From assembly GCF_000737315.1 (NCBI RefSeq), contig NZ_JMCB01000006.1, positions 310,001-374,000 of the forward strand: a stretch of 64,000 nt of DNA, written 5' to 3'. The notes under the pieces were generated by a model that worked only from the letters and a program-made list of their open reading frames with translations, did no database searches and was not told where the DNA came from. The DNA comes from Hyalangium minutum. Lineage in GTDB: Bacteria > Myxococcota > Myxococcia > Myxococcales > Myxococcaceae. A program made the position numbers and the translations under genes. Positions 1 to 10,104 of the stretch are shown here, in pieces. Positions within the stretch are counted from its first letter, which is position 1; the number at the start of each line of letters is the position of its first letter.

Positions 1-2
1 CG

Positions 3-218
3 CGCATGAAGCCCTTCACCCGCTGCCTGGCGTGCAACGCGCCGCTGGAGGTGGCCGGGAAGGACGAAGTGCTCGACCGCATCCCCGAGGGCGTGGCCGC
101 CACGCACTCGCGCTTCCAGCAGTGCCACGAGTGCAAGCGCGTCTACTGGCCCGGCACGCACCACCAGCGCATGCAAGCCCTGGTGGACAAGCTGCGCGAG
201 CTCGAGCACGAGGCCTGA
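3..218 (+). CDS. Mut7-C RNase-like domain protein, C-terminal fragment (runs off the window start)
   Basis: PFTRCLACN...F..C..CKRVYWPGTHH Zn-ribbon tail typical of Mut7-C. Confidence 0.8.
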   Translation, partial: RMKPFTRCLACNAPLEVAGKDEVLDRIPEGVAATHSRFQQCHECKRVYWPGTHHQRMQALVDKLRELEHEA

Positions 219-225
219 AGGCCGC

Positions 226-1170
226 TCACCGCACCGGCTGCCCCAGCCGCTCCCATCGCACGTGCCAGTCCGGGCCGAGAGAGAAGTGCACGGAGACGGC
301 CACGCCCTTCACGCTGAGCTCAGGCACTCCACCCCAGAAGCGGGAGTCGTAACTGTTCGTGCGGTTGTCCCCGAGCACGAAGAGCTGCCCCACGGGCACG
401 GCACATCCGCCATCCTTCGGCTCCAGGCCCTGGGGGCAGCGTCCGTCCTCCGCGGGGAAGCGGCCCTCATGCGCGAAGGCCAGGTCGTGCCTCACACGGT
501 AGCGGCGCGAACCGAGGACTTCTTCGTACTCCTCGCAGTCTCCTCCCTCCGTGGGCCCCTCGGCCGACTCGCAGGAGCCCACCAACTTCCGCTCCAAGGG
601 CTGCCCGTTGAGGAGGACCACGCCGTTGCGTATCGCCACGGTGTCTCCGCCTCGGGCGACCACGCGCTTCACGAAGTCCTGCTCCGGCTTCTGGGGATCG
701 GGAAAGACGATGATCGAGCCACGCTCAATGGGCTGCCACTGCCAGGGGGTGCGCACCGTGCGATCCGCCACGAACTGATCCCCTTGAAGCAGGGTCGGCT
801 CCATGCTCGAGCCCGGCACCCAGAAGGGCTCGGCAATGAACCTGCGGTTGAGCCTCGCGGCGGCCTGGCCCGAGAGCAGGAACGCCACGGCCAGCACGGC
901 GGCCCGCCCCGTGCTCGGGAGACCTCGGGAGGAAGGGCGTAACAGCGCCGCATCGATGATGGAGCCCAGCTGCAGCACCACGATGAGCACCGCCCCCGCC
1001 ACGCCCGTGAACAGCAGCGAGGCCTGCAACAGGAGCAGCGCGAGAAACCATGCCAGCCCCCGCTGCCACCGGCCCAGCACCCCGTGACCCGCTCCCGCCG
1101 GAGTACATAGCGCCACGAGCACTGCCACCGTCCGGCGCCGCCAGCCCACCTTTCCTTCTTCACCCACCAT
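226..1170 (-). CDS. lepB: Signal peptidase I with N-terminal membrane segments
   Basis: PGSSMEPTL (Ser), DFVKRVVA (Lys), GDNRTNSYDSRFWG. Confidence 0.9.
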   Translation of the reverse strand: MVGEEGKVGWRRRTVAVLVALCTPAGAGHGVLGRWQRGLAWFLALLLLQASLLFTGVAGAVLIVVLQLGSIIDAALLRPSSRGLPSTGRAAVLAVAFLLSGQAAARLNRRFIAEPFWVPGSSMEPTLLQGDQFVADRTVRTPWQWQPIERGSIIVFPDPQKPEQDFVKRVVARGGDTVAIRNGVVLLNGQPLERKLVGSCESAEGPTEGGDCEEYEEVLGSRRYRVRHDLAFAHEGRFPAEDGRCPQGLEPKDGGCAVPVGQLFVLGDNRTNSYDSRFWGGVPELSVKGVAVSVHFSLGPDWHVRWERLGQPVR

Positions 1171-1197
1171 GGCCCAGCTCTCTCACGGCCCGAGTGC

Positions 1198-4002
1198 TCA
1201 GCTCAAGGCCTCACTGCACCGGGGGCACACCTCGCTCTCCTGCTCCACCTCTTCCGCGAACCCGCCGCAGCGCGGGCACTTCGCGCCCCAGGCAGGCAGC
1301 ACCTCGGCCGCCAGCTCCGCGCCGTTCCATGCCTGGGCCAGCGCGAGCGGCCGCGCCTTCGGCCCAGGCTCATCCACCAGCTCCACCTGGCTCACCCGGA
1401 ACAGCGCGGGCAGCTCTTCGATGTGCGCGAGGAGAAAGGCTTTCGCCTCACCGGCCGCCGCGAGCACCACCCGTGCATTCAGAGAGGAGCCGAGCCGCTC
1501 CTCTCGCAGTGTCTCCTCGATGAGAACCCGCACCGCGCTGCGCATGGCCAGGAGCCGCGCGTACCGCTCCGCCAGCTCCGGGTCCATGGGCCCCACGGGC
1601 TGGGGCAGGTCCGTCAGAAAGACACTCTCCGCAGACCGGCCCGGGAGCTGCTGCCAGGCCTCCTCGGCCGTGAAGCTCAGGATGGGCGCCAGCAGCCGCA
1701 GCAGCGAGGAAGCCACCTCGAACAGCACAGTCTGCGCGCTCCGCCGCTCCCGCCCCGAGGCACTCGCCGTGAGGAGCCGATCCTCGATGATGGCGAAGTA
1801 CGTCGCGGACAGCTCCGCCGCGCAGAAGTCCATCACATCCGAGTGCACGCGGTGAAGCGCGTGAGCCTCATAGGCCTCGCGCACGCGCGCCACCATCTCC
1901 GACAGCCGTCCCCGCGCCCACGCATCCAGCGGGAGCAACTGCGAGGCGGGCACGGAGTCCCTCGCGGGCTCGAAGCCGGAGAGGTGGCCCAGCGCGAAGG
2001 CCAGCGTGTGGCGAAGCTTCGCGAGGTCCTGGATCAGCGCCTCACGGATCGCGTCCGACAGCGGCACATCGTTCTGGAGATCGCTGAAGGCCGCCCACAG
2101 CCGCAGCACCTCCGCGCCGTACCGCACCACGAACGTCTTGGCGTCAGCGTCGCGCTCTTGGCTCCTGGACAGCTTCTGGCCATGGGCATCCACCCCGGAG
2201 CCGTGCGTGAAACAAGTCCGGTAGGGAGACGCGTCCCGAGTGCCCACGGACACCACCATCGCCGAGGCGAGCCAGCCGTCGAGCTGCTCACGCTCCGTCA
2301 GGCACAGGTCCGCTGGCAGGCCCTGTCGCGGACCGAGCACCGCCGAGAACATGCACGCCGCATCGAACTGCGGATCCAAGGTATCGGTCTCGCGCCGGAA
2401 CCGGCTCCCGCCACACGAGGCACACCGGAAGTCCGCGCCCAGGAACTCCTCCACCGGCGTGCGGTGCCACACGCTCGCGTCCGCCTTCTCCACCGTCGCT
2501 GCCACGCGCTCCATCAGCTCAGGAGACACCACCGCCTCGCCGCAGCCCTCGCAGTACGCGATGGGCAGGGGGACGCCCCAGCTCTCCTTCCGGCTGATGC
2601 ACCCATCCGCCCGCTTCTCCAACACGTCCCGAAGAGCGCCGCGCCCGCTGTCAGGCCTCCACTGCACCCGGTCTGCTTCCTCCATCGCCCGCTCGCGGAG
2701 CGTCTTCCCGCCCGGCAGCGGCGAATCCAACGCGATGAACCACTGAGCGGAGGCGGCCCGGATGACGGGCTGATGGCAGCTCCGGCAGTGCGGCAGGGAG
2801 TGCTCCACCGTGTCCTTCTTCGCATTCAGCAGGGCACCCCGCTCCGCCAGCAACTCCAGGATGACCGAATCGGCCGCGAGCACCCGCATCCCCTGGAGCG
2901 GCGTGCCCACCGTCTCGTCATAGCGCCCGTTCTGGCCCACGGGGTTGTAGAGCTCCAGACCGAGCTTCGGGTCCACCTCGGCGTCTCCCTGGCCGAGCCC
3001 CGGCGCCACGTGCACCAGCCCCGTGCCCTGCTCCAACGTCGAGGGCCCACCCAGCACCACCTGCCCTGTCCGCTCCAGGAACGGGTGCTGGTAGCGAAGG
3101 CCCGCCAGGTCCTCGCCGCTCGCGTACACGAGGATCTTCCGCAGATCATCGAACGCCACCGTCTCCACATCGCCGCCGGGCAGGCGCGCGTTCTTCATCA
3201 CCAGCTCGTCCGCCTTCACCTCGGCGAGCACCTTGGCCAGCAGGTCCTTGGCCACGCAGAGCACGCGCTGGCCTGCCTCGTAGAAGACGTACTCGAAGTC
3301 CGCATTCACCGAGAGGGCCACGTTGCCCGGCAGTGACCACGGCGCCAGCGTCCAGGTGACGAAGAAGACCTCGCGCCCTTTCAGCGAGGAGAACCGCTCC
3401 GCCACCTCGGGCCCCGCGCGGAAGGCCACGTAGACCGAGGGGCTCAGGCGGGATGCTTCCTCCACCTCATGCTCCCCCAGCACCTTCTGTTCCTCGGGGC
3501 ACCAGAGCAGTGGCTGCTTCCTCCGGGAGAGCAGCCCGCGCCGAGCCAGGGTGGCCAGCTCACGCAGCTCACGCGCCGCGTACGCCGGATCCTGCGTCCG
3601 GTATGGCTTTGCCTCACTCCCAAGCCCCCCGAGACGATGGAGCACGGCCTCCTTCTGTTGGAGGAAATCGTCCTCGGACGGCATGCCATGGGTGTCCCAG
3701 CCGAAGAGGAAGTCACACCGGCGCCCGCTGAGATGGCGGTACTTCCGCACGATGTCCTGGAGCACCACGCTCAGCGCCTGGCCCATGTGCAGCGGGCGGC
3801 GGGCCTCCAACGGCCGAGCCGCCAGCACGAAGGGCTCGGCGCCCGTGCGCTGCTCCCGCATCCGAGCCCCAAGGGAGAGCTCGGACCACCTCGCCAGCAT
3901 CCGAGGCTCCACCCGCTCTGGCTCTCCCTGCGGAGGAAGCTCGGTGCGCGGGAGGTTCAGGGTGCCGCGGTAGTCCTTCGGAGGCGCGCCAACGTCGCTC
4001 AT
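1198..4002 (-). CDS. Isoleucyl-tRNA synthetase-like protein with degenerate catalytic motifs (probable pseudo-synthetase paralog)
   Basis: YRGTLNLPRTELP start, LHMGQA, GWDTHGMP, GTGLVHVAPG, ISRKESWGVP, KLSRS, C-terminal CPRC..CPRC Zn finger. Confidence 0.85.
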   Translation of the reverse strand: MSDVGAPPKDYRGTLNLPRTELPPQGEPERVEPRMLARWSELSLGARMREQRTGAEPFVLAARPLEARRPLHMGQALSVVLQDIVRKYRHLSGRRCDFLFGWDTHGMPSEDDFLQQKEAVLHRLGGLGSEAKPYRTQDPAYAARELRELATLARRGLLSRRKQPLLWCPEEQKVLGEHEVEEASRLSPSVYVAFRAGPEVAERFSSLKGREVFFVTWTLAPWSLPGNVALSVNADFEYVFYEAGQRVLCVAKDLLAKVLAEVKADELVMKNARLPGGDVETVAFDDLRKILVYASGEDLAGLRYQHPFLERTGQVVLGGPSTLEQGTGLVHVAPGLGQGDAEVDPKLGLELYNPVGQNGRYDETVGTPLQGMRVLAADSVILELLAERGALLNAKKDTVEHSLPHCRSCHQPVIRAASAQWFIALDSPLPGGKTLRERAMEEADRVQWRPDSGRGALRDVLEKRADGCISRKESWGVPLPIAYCEGCGEAVVSPELMERVAATVEKADASVWHRTPVEEFLGADFRCASCGGSRFRRETDTLDPQFDAACMFSAVLGPRQGLPADLCLTEREQLDGWLASAMVVSVGTRDASPYRTCFTHGSGVDAHGQKLSRSQERDADAKTFVVRYGAEVLRLWAAFSDLQNDVPLSDAIREALIQDLAKLRHTLAFALGHLSGFEPARDSVPASQLLPLDAWARGRLSEMVARVREAYEAHALHRVHSDVMDFCAAELSATYFAIIEDRLLTASASGRERRSAQTVLFEVASSLLRLLAPILSFTAEEAWQQLPGRSAESVFLTDLPQPVGPMDPELAERYARLLAMRSAVRVLIEETLREERLGSSLNARVVLAAAGEAKAFLLAHIEELPALFRVSQVELVDEPGPKARPLALAQAWNGAELAAEVLPAWGAKCPRCGGFAEEVEQESEVCPRCSEALS

Positions 4003-4079
4003 GAAGGACGGGCCGTAGCACGCCCCTCCAGGCCCATCAATGCGCGCCGGGCCGCAGTGTCAGCCGCGAGCGCCGGGGC

Positions 4080-4766
4080 TCACTGCGGCGCTTCGAGCAG
4101 GTCATCATCCGCGCCGTTGCGGCTCATCACGATGACCGTCAGCCCACCGCCCTCGCGGGGGCGGCTCAGCACTTCCACCGACTCGTTGCCCTTGCGGAAG
4201 ACCCCAGGCTTCGTCTCCGTGTAGCCCTTCTTCGGCATGGCCTCACGGTAGAAGTCCTGCAGTTGCTGCTGCGTGGCCTTCGTGGTGTACGAGAGCGACT
4301 TGCCCGACTCGATGTTGATGGTGACGAGGTTGTCCGCCGCCGGGTACACCGCCACGAAGGCCGAGTCCTCGGGCTTGCGGATCTGCCCCACGTTGGCCGT
4401 GCCCAGCAGCACCTTCGTCGTCTTGCCGTCCGGGTTGGGCCGCATGATGACGGAGTAGGCCAGCAGCCGGTCCACATCCAGCGCGGTCAGCGTAATAGCC
4501 CCGTGCACCACGGTCTGCCCCTTGGGCGGGGGAATGAAGAAGCCGGCCTTCTTGAACTGCTCGGCGAAGTGCTTGAAGAGGGCGTCCGGCTTCCAGCTGG
4601 ACGTCACCGCGTGCAGCTTCATGGGGATGCCGAGCGCCTCCTGCGTTCCCGCCACATCCACGTGGTGGACGATGCCCGGCACATCCCACTCAAAGTCACC
4701 CGCTGCCGACACCGCGGGGGCCAGCGCCCCCACCACCAGCAGCACTCCGGCCAGCGCAGTCCTCAC
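4080..4766 (-). CDS. Secreted hypothetical protein, last gene of the Tad pilin cassette
   Basis: GTG start at 4766 overlaps the upstream TGA (GTGA); signal-peptide-like N-terminus. Confidence 0.7.
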   Translation of the reverse strand: MRTALAGVLLVVGALAPAVSAAGDFEWDVPGIVHHVDVAGTQEALGIPMKLHAVTSSWKPDALFKHFAEQFKKAGFFIPPPKGQTVVHGAITLTALDVDRLLAYSVIMRPNPDGKTTKVLLGTANVGQIRKPEDSAFVAVYPAADNLVTINIESGKSLSYTTKATQQQLQDFYREAMPKKGYTETKPGVFRKGNESVEVLSRPREGGGLTVIVMSRNGADDDLLEAPQ

Positions 4767-5698
4767 GGCGGCGGCACCCCGCCCAGCCACTTCTCCTGCC
4801 GATCCGCGTACGCCGAGTGCCTGCTGCCCGTGCGCACGTTGGTCATCCAGTTCGCGGGGTCCGAGTCTCCGCCCGTCATGCCGGAGTCCGGGCCCTTCAT
4901 GTAGCTGAGCCGGAACCGGCTCTCCAGGTCGTCGCCGGGCCCCCGCTGCACCACGGCCATGGCCATGGCCCTGCCCGCCGCGGGGCCTTCGCCGCCCAGC
5001 TGCCGGTACATCGGGTGGACCAGCTCCTTGAAGCCCGTGTTGGTGCAGCCCTGGAGCGCGCAGTCCTCCTTCTCGTTCGGAGCACCGGACAGGCCCCAGT
5101 CATCCAGCAGAATGGCGATCTTGCCCGACCCGCAGGCCCCGCCGCTGGGCAGACCGATGGCGCACACCGGGATGCCACTGACGTTCGGGTAGTTCTTCTC
5201 CTTGAAGAAGCCGCTGTTGGCCTCATTCACGAACTCTTTGGGGAAGCGATCCAACACCCGGATCTGCGCGGTCGCGCTGCAGCTCATGCCACCCTCGCCG
5301 GCCTGGTACGGCTTGAGCCGGGCCTGGCTGGTGTTGATGCCGCCCACGTTGTCCTGCTGGCACTGCACCTGGAGACCGTCCGCCTCGGTGAACACCAGCC
5401 GGGGCGTGCCCCCGCCTGCCGAGGTACGCCCGTCGAAGTTGCCATAGCGGCTGGTGGCATCTCCCCCCGCGGAGGAGATGGCCGAGGTGCGCTTCGAGTA
5501 GTTGTTGGGGTGCACGTGCATCTGCTTGGCCGTGGTGTCCCAGAGGGCCCCGGCCGCCGCCTCGTGCACCTTGGGCATCAGGTAGCCAATCTCCGCCAGG
5601 TGGATGCCCCACACCAGGATGGAGATGAACACCAGCAGCCCCAGGGCCGTCTCCACCATGGCCTGCCCGCGGCGCGAGCGCATGCCGTGCGTTCTCAT
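4763..5698 (-). CDS. TadE-like minor pilin
   Basis: RRGQAMVETALGLLVF prepilin site plus hydrophobic helix; ATGA overlap with the upstream gene. Confidence 0.8.
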   Translation of the reverse strand: MRTHGMRSRRGQAMVETALGLLVFISILVWGIHLAEIGYLMPKVHEAAAGALWDTTAKQMHVHPNNYSKRTSAISSAGGDATSRYGNFDGRTSAGGGTPRLVFTEADGLQVQCQQDNVGGINTSQARLKPYQAGEGGMSCSATAQIRVLDRFPKEFVNEANSGFFKEKNYPNVSGIPVCAIGLPSGGACGSGKIAILLDDWGLSGAPNEKEDCALQGCTNTGFKELVHPMYRQLGGEGPAAGRAMAMAVVQRGPGDDLESRFRLSYMKGPDSGMTGGDSDPANWMTNVRTGSRHSAYADRQEKWLGGVPPP

Positions 5699-7287
5699 TG
5701 GAAGCCTCGGAAGCCTGCGTTGTACAGCGCCTTGGCCGCGTCACCCGCCCACGGCACCCCGGCTTGCTGCATCGTCGTGGGAATGTCGCCGCCGGGCATC
5801 TTGCCCTGCTGGTCGATGTCCGGCGACACCAGGGTGGCGCGCCAGTAGGGGTTCATCAGATTGGGCGGCTCCTTCCAATCATCCCCCCGGTGGTAGTACG
5901 CCATGCCCGTGGCCAGCGCCGTCTGCTTGGAGATGTCGATGGAGGCCCCGCCCGTGGCCCTCAGGTTGGAGCCCAGCTGCTTGCCCTCACTGCGGGTGCC
6001 CCGGTTGGAGAAGTGCTTGGGCGAGCCCGGCACGAAGGCGAAGTCGAAGTCCAGGAAGACGCTCTTGTCCAACTGGCCGGAGCCGCCGCCGTAGTCCCGC
6101 TGCAGCAGCGCGTACAGCTTGGGCTGTCCGTACGCGTCCGCCTGGTCCTTCACCTTGGCCTCGGTGTAGTCGTAGGTGATGGGCCAGTTGCCGCCCGCGA
6201 TGTCGCCGATGCCCGAGTGGGTTTGTGTGTCAGACGCGTTCGGGCACGTGCCGCGGCTCCACTCGTGCTTGTCCGGGTTGGACTCGAGGTTGGCCAGCAC
6301 GTCGGCGCTCAGGGACAGGGGGGGCACCGGGATGGGGCACCCGCCAAAGCGGCCGAGGTAGAAGAGGTTGCCGTGGTCATCCGAAGTCGCCGCACCCCAG
6401 TTGGCCTCCGCGCCGTGCACAGGGCCTTGAAGCTGATCCGAGCGGGCGGAAGCCCCCTCGCCCCCGAGATAGGCGATGGTCCCATACCCTTGAACGAGCT
6501 GCATGAGCTTGGAGGTCATCAGCATGGTGCCGCCACCGCGGCCCGTGGTGAAGGAGTCGTCACGGGTGCCCATGTAGATTTCATACTGATGGATGCTGGT
6601 GCCGCCGACCAGCCCGTTGCACCAGGCGCCCTGGTTGCAGTCGGAGGCGGCCTCGCGCGTGGCGACCATGTCCGCCGCATCCGGTGCGGTGATGGGCCAG
6701 GGGCTGCCGCCTGCCTGGGCGATCACCTTCTTGGCGATGTTCTGGCCCTGCAGCAACCCCGCCAGCATGTCGGAGTTCGCCTTGAAGTCGCTCTCCAGGA
6801 AGGTCGCCGTCGTGATGTTGTATTCGCGGACCTGGGCCGAGGCGGCCTTGTCCACCCCGTCCCATACGCCCTGGATGCGTTGGGCCTCCTGGCTGAGCTT
6901 CTGCTTCCACAGGCCGAAAGCGATGCCCGCCGGGATCTTCTGAGGGATGGGGCACACGCCGGCGATATAGGCGGCGATGAAGATCGAGGCATCCTGCTGC
7001 AGCGCCGCCAGCGCGTCCCGGTAGATGGAGGTCCAGCTGATATAGGCCTGCGTGGCGGACCGGGCCACCGTCAACGCCCACGCGGTGCGGTGCGCGATGG
7101 CGACCGTGTTGAAGGTGCGGGCGGTGGCCACCGCGTTGCTGTACGCGGCCGCGTCCGCCAGCGTCTGCAGCTCCATGCGCTCACGCACCCGCATACCGAA
7201 CGAGACGGTGAGCAGCACCATCAGCGACAGGAACAGCAGCATGAAGGTGAAAATGATCAGGGTTTGTCCGCGACGGAGCATCGTCAT
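5695..7287 (-). CDS. TadG-like (Tad domain) pilus protein
   Basis: RRGQTLIIFTF..., ELQTLADAAAYS motif. Confidence 0.8.
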   Translation of the reverse strand: MTMLRRGQTLIIFTFMLLFLSLMVLLTVSFGMRVRERMELQTLADAAAYSNAVATARTFNTVAIAHRTAWALTVARSATQAYISWTSIYRDALAALQQDASIFIAAYIAGVCPIPQKIPAGIAFGLWKQKLSQEAQRIQGVWDGVDKAASAQVREYNITTATFLESDFKANSDMLAGLLQGQNIAKKVIAQAGGSPWPITAPDAADMVATREAASDCNQGAWCNGLVGGTSIHQYEIYMGTRDDSFTTGRGGGTMLMTSKLMQLVQGYGTIAYLGGEGASARSDQLQGPVHGAEANWGAATSDDHGNLFYLGRFGGCPIPVPPLSLSADVLANLESNPDKHEWSRGTCPNASDTQTHSGIGDIAGGNWPITYDYTEAKVKDQADAYGQPKLYALLQRDYGGGSGQLDKSVFLDFDFAFVPGSPKHFSNRGTRSEGKQLGSNLRATGGASIDISKQTALATGMAYYHRGDDWKEPPNLMNPYWRATLVSPDIDQQGKMPGGDIPTTMQQAGVPWAGDAAKALYNAGFRGFQ

Positions 7288-7298
7288 CCCTCGGTCTC

Positions 7299-8027
7299 TC
7301 AGGGGGCGCAGTTCTGCTGACTGAAGTATTGCTGCAGCGCAGGGGTCATCATCCGCATCGAGTAGCTGGCGGTGATGGGGAAGATGAACTCATTGGCGCT
7401 GCGCGAGGTGTACTCGCCCAGGATCTGCGCCTCCATGGTGCTGTTGGCGCTGGTGGTCCAGTTCGCGTTCTTCTCCGCGAGAATGAGCGGGTTGGCCGCG
7501 GTGTAGTCCTGGATGGCGAAGTGCGCCCGGAACATCTTGGTCATCACCCAGTTGGCGAAGGGGATGCGCATCGGGTACCAGTAGACGAGCCGGACCTCGA
7601 GCCGCATCGGCGGGGCGAGCCCCTGGTCGAAGTTCAGGTCGTCCGCGTTGACGTTCGTGGGCTGCTCACGGATCAGCCAGATCATGTCCCCGTTGAAGCC
7701 GGGCAGGGGGGCCAGCTTGTTGTTCCGGTGCGCGGAGAAGGCCGCCGCCAGAGCGTCCGGTGTATTGGTGCGCTCCATCGTGGGCAGCAGCGCGGCAATG
7801 GCCGCGTGCATCATCCTCTCGCAGTTGCCGTTGTTCACGCTGCCAGCGCGCGTGGCACGGAAGGCCGCGTACTGCGTCATGATGCGCGCCTGCAGCATCA
7901 TGAAGAGCTGCAGCGTGCCCAGAAAGAGGAAGATGACCAGCGGCAGGGTGAGGGCAGACTCGACCGCCGCCTGACCCGACTCGCCATTGCGAGGCTTTTT
8001 TCCGGAGGAAGCCATTTTGAGCCACAT
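7299..8027 (-). CDS. TadE family minor pilin (start 8027 or 8015)
   Basis: SGQAAVESALTLPLVIFLFLG...YAAFRATRAG. Confidence 0.85.
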   Translation of the reverse strand: MWLKMASSGKKPRNGESGQAAVESALTLPLVIFLFLGTLQLFMMLQARIMTQYAAFRATRAGSVNNGNCERMMHAAIAALLPTMERTNTPDALAAAFSAHRNNKLAPLPGFNGDMIWLIREQPTNVNADDLNFDQGLAPPMRLEVRLVYWYPMRIPFANWVMTKMFRAHFAIQDYTAANPLILAEKNANWTTSANSTMEAQILGEYTSRSANEFIFPITASYSMRMMTPALQQYFSQQNCAP

Positions 8028-8149
8028 GCTGACACCAGTAGGTGTTCGGGGCCTATCCGCCGGTTGGCCGCGATCAGAAAGCTGAGGGTATTGATCGGCC
8101 CACACTCACGGTGCGGGTCTTTCCTTGACGCACCGGGCCGAAGCGAGGC

Positions 8150-8527
8150 TTAGCGGCGGCGGATGCCCTGGCTGCCGTGGATGGGCCCCTGAGAGGCGTT
8201 CGCCTTCTTCTCCTCCTCCTTCTTCTTCTTCTTTTCGGCCGCGGCCTTGGCGTCCTCTTCGCCGCCACAGCCCTTGGCGCACTTCTTATAGACCTTGATG
8301 AAGCGGCTGGAGCAGCCCTCCACGCACTCCTGGAACTGGGCCTGCGCGGCGGTGGTGTCGCCCGGCTTGCCGCAGCGATCGACACAGGACGCGGTCTCGT
8401 TGCTCTGGTTGGCCACACAGCGCCGCTCGCACTCGTTGTGCTCGGCCAGCGCGGGCCCTGCCAACAACCAGGCGCTCAAGGCTGCGGCGGCGTACCACGG
8501 GGTGATGCTTGCACGGGCTCGGGTCAT
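8150..8527 (-). CDS. Small secreted Cys-rich protein
   Basis: Signal peptide ending ALA; four CxxxC motifs; Lys/Glu-rich tail. Confidence 0.65.
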   Translation of the reverse strand: MTRARASITPWYAAAALSAWLLAGPALAEHNECERRCVANQSNETASCVDRCGKPGDTTAAQAQFQECVEGCSSRFIKVYKKCAKGCGGEEDAKAAAEKKKKKEEEKKANASQGPIHGSQGIRRR

Positions 8528-8580
8528 CTTGTGGCTCCTGTTCCGTTTGGGTTCGTCATCTGCAGGGCTGAGGGCGGCGC

Positions 8581-10026
<1,446 letters not shown>

Positions 10027-10104
10027 CCGGCGGCGGAGGATACCAAACCGCCGCGTCAGATCCGCCTGCTTGCTGGCTGCTCGTGCTAGGCTTGCGCGCT
10101 CCTC

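Noticed and set aside
5698-7320. 540-aa plus-strand ORF (and similar long ORFs at 8647-10089, 18398-20338, 23623-25668, 25224-27662, 42613-44205, 50907-52682)
   Set aside because: Antisense shadows of well-supported genes; the high-GC codon bias suppresses stops on the opposite strand and no family motifs are present.
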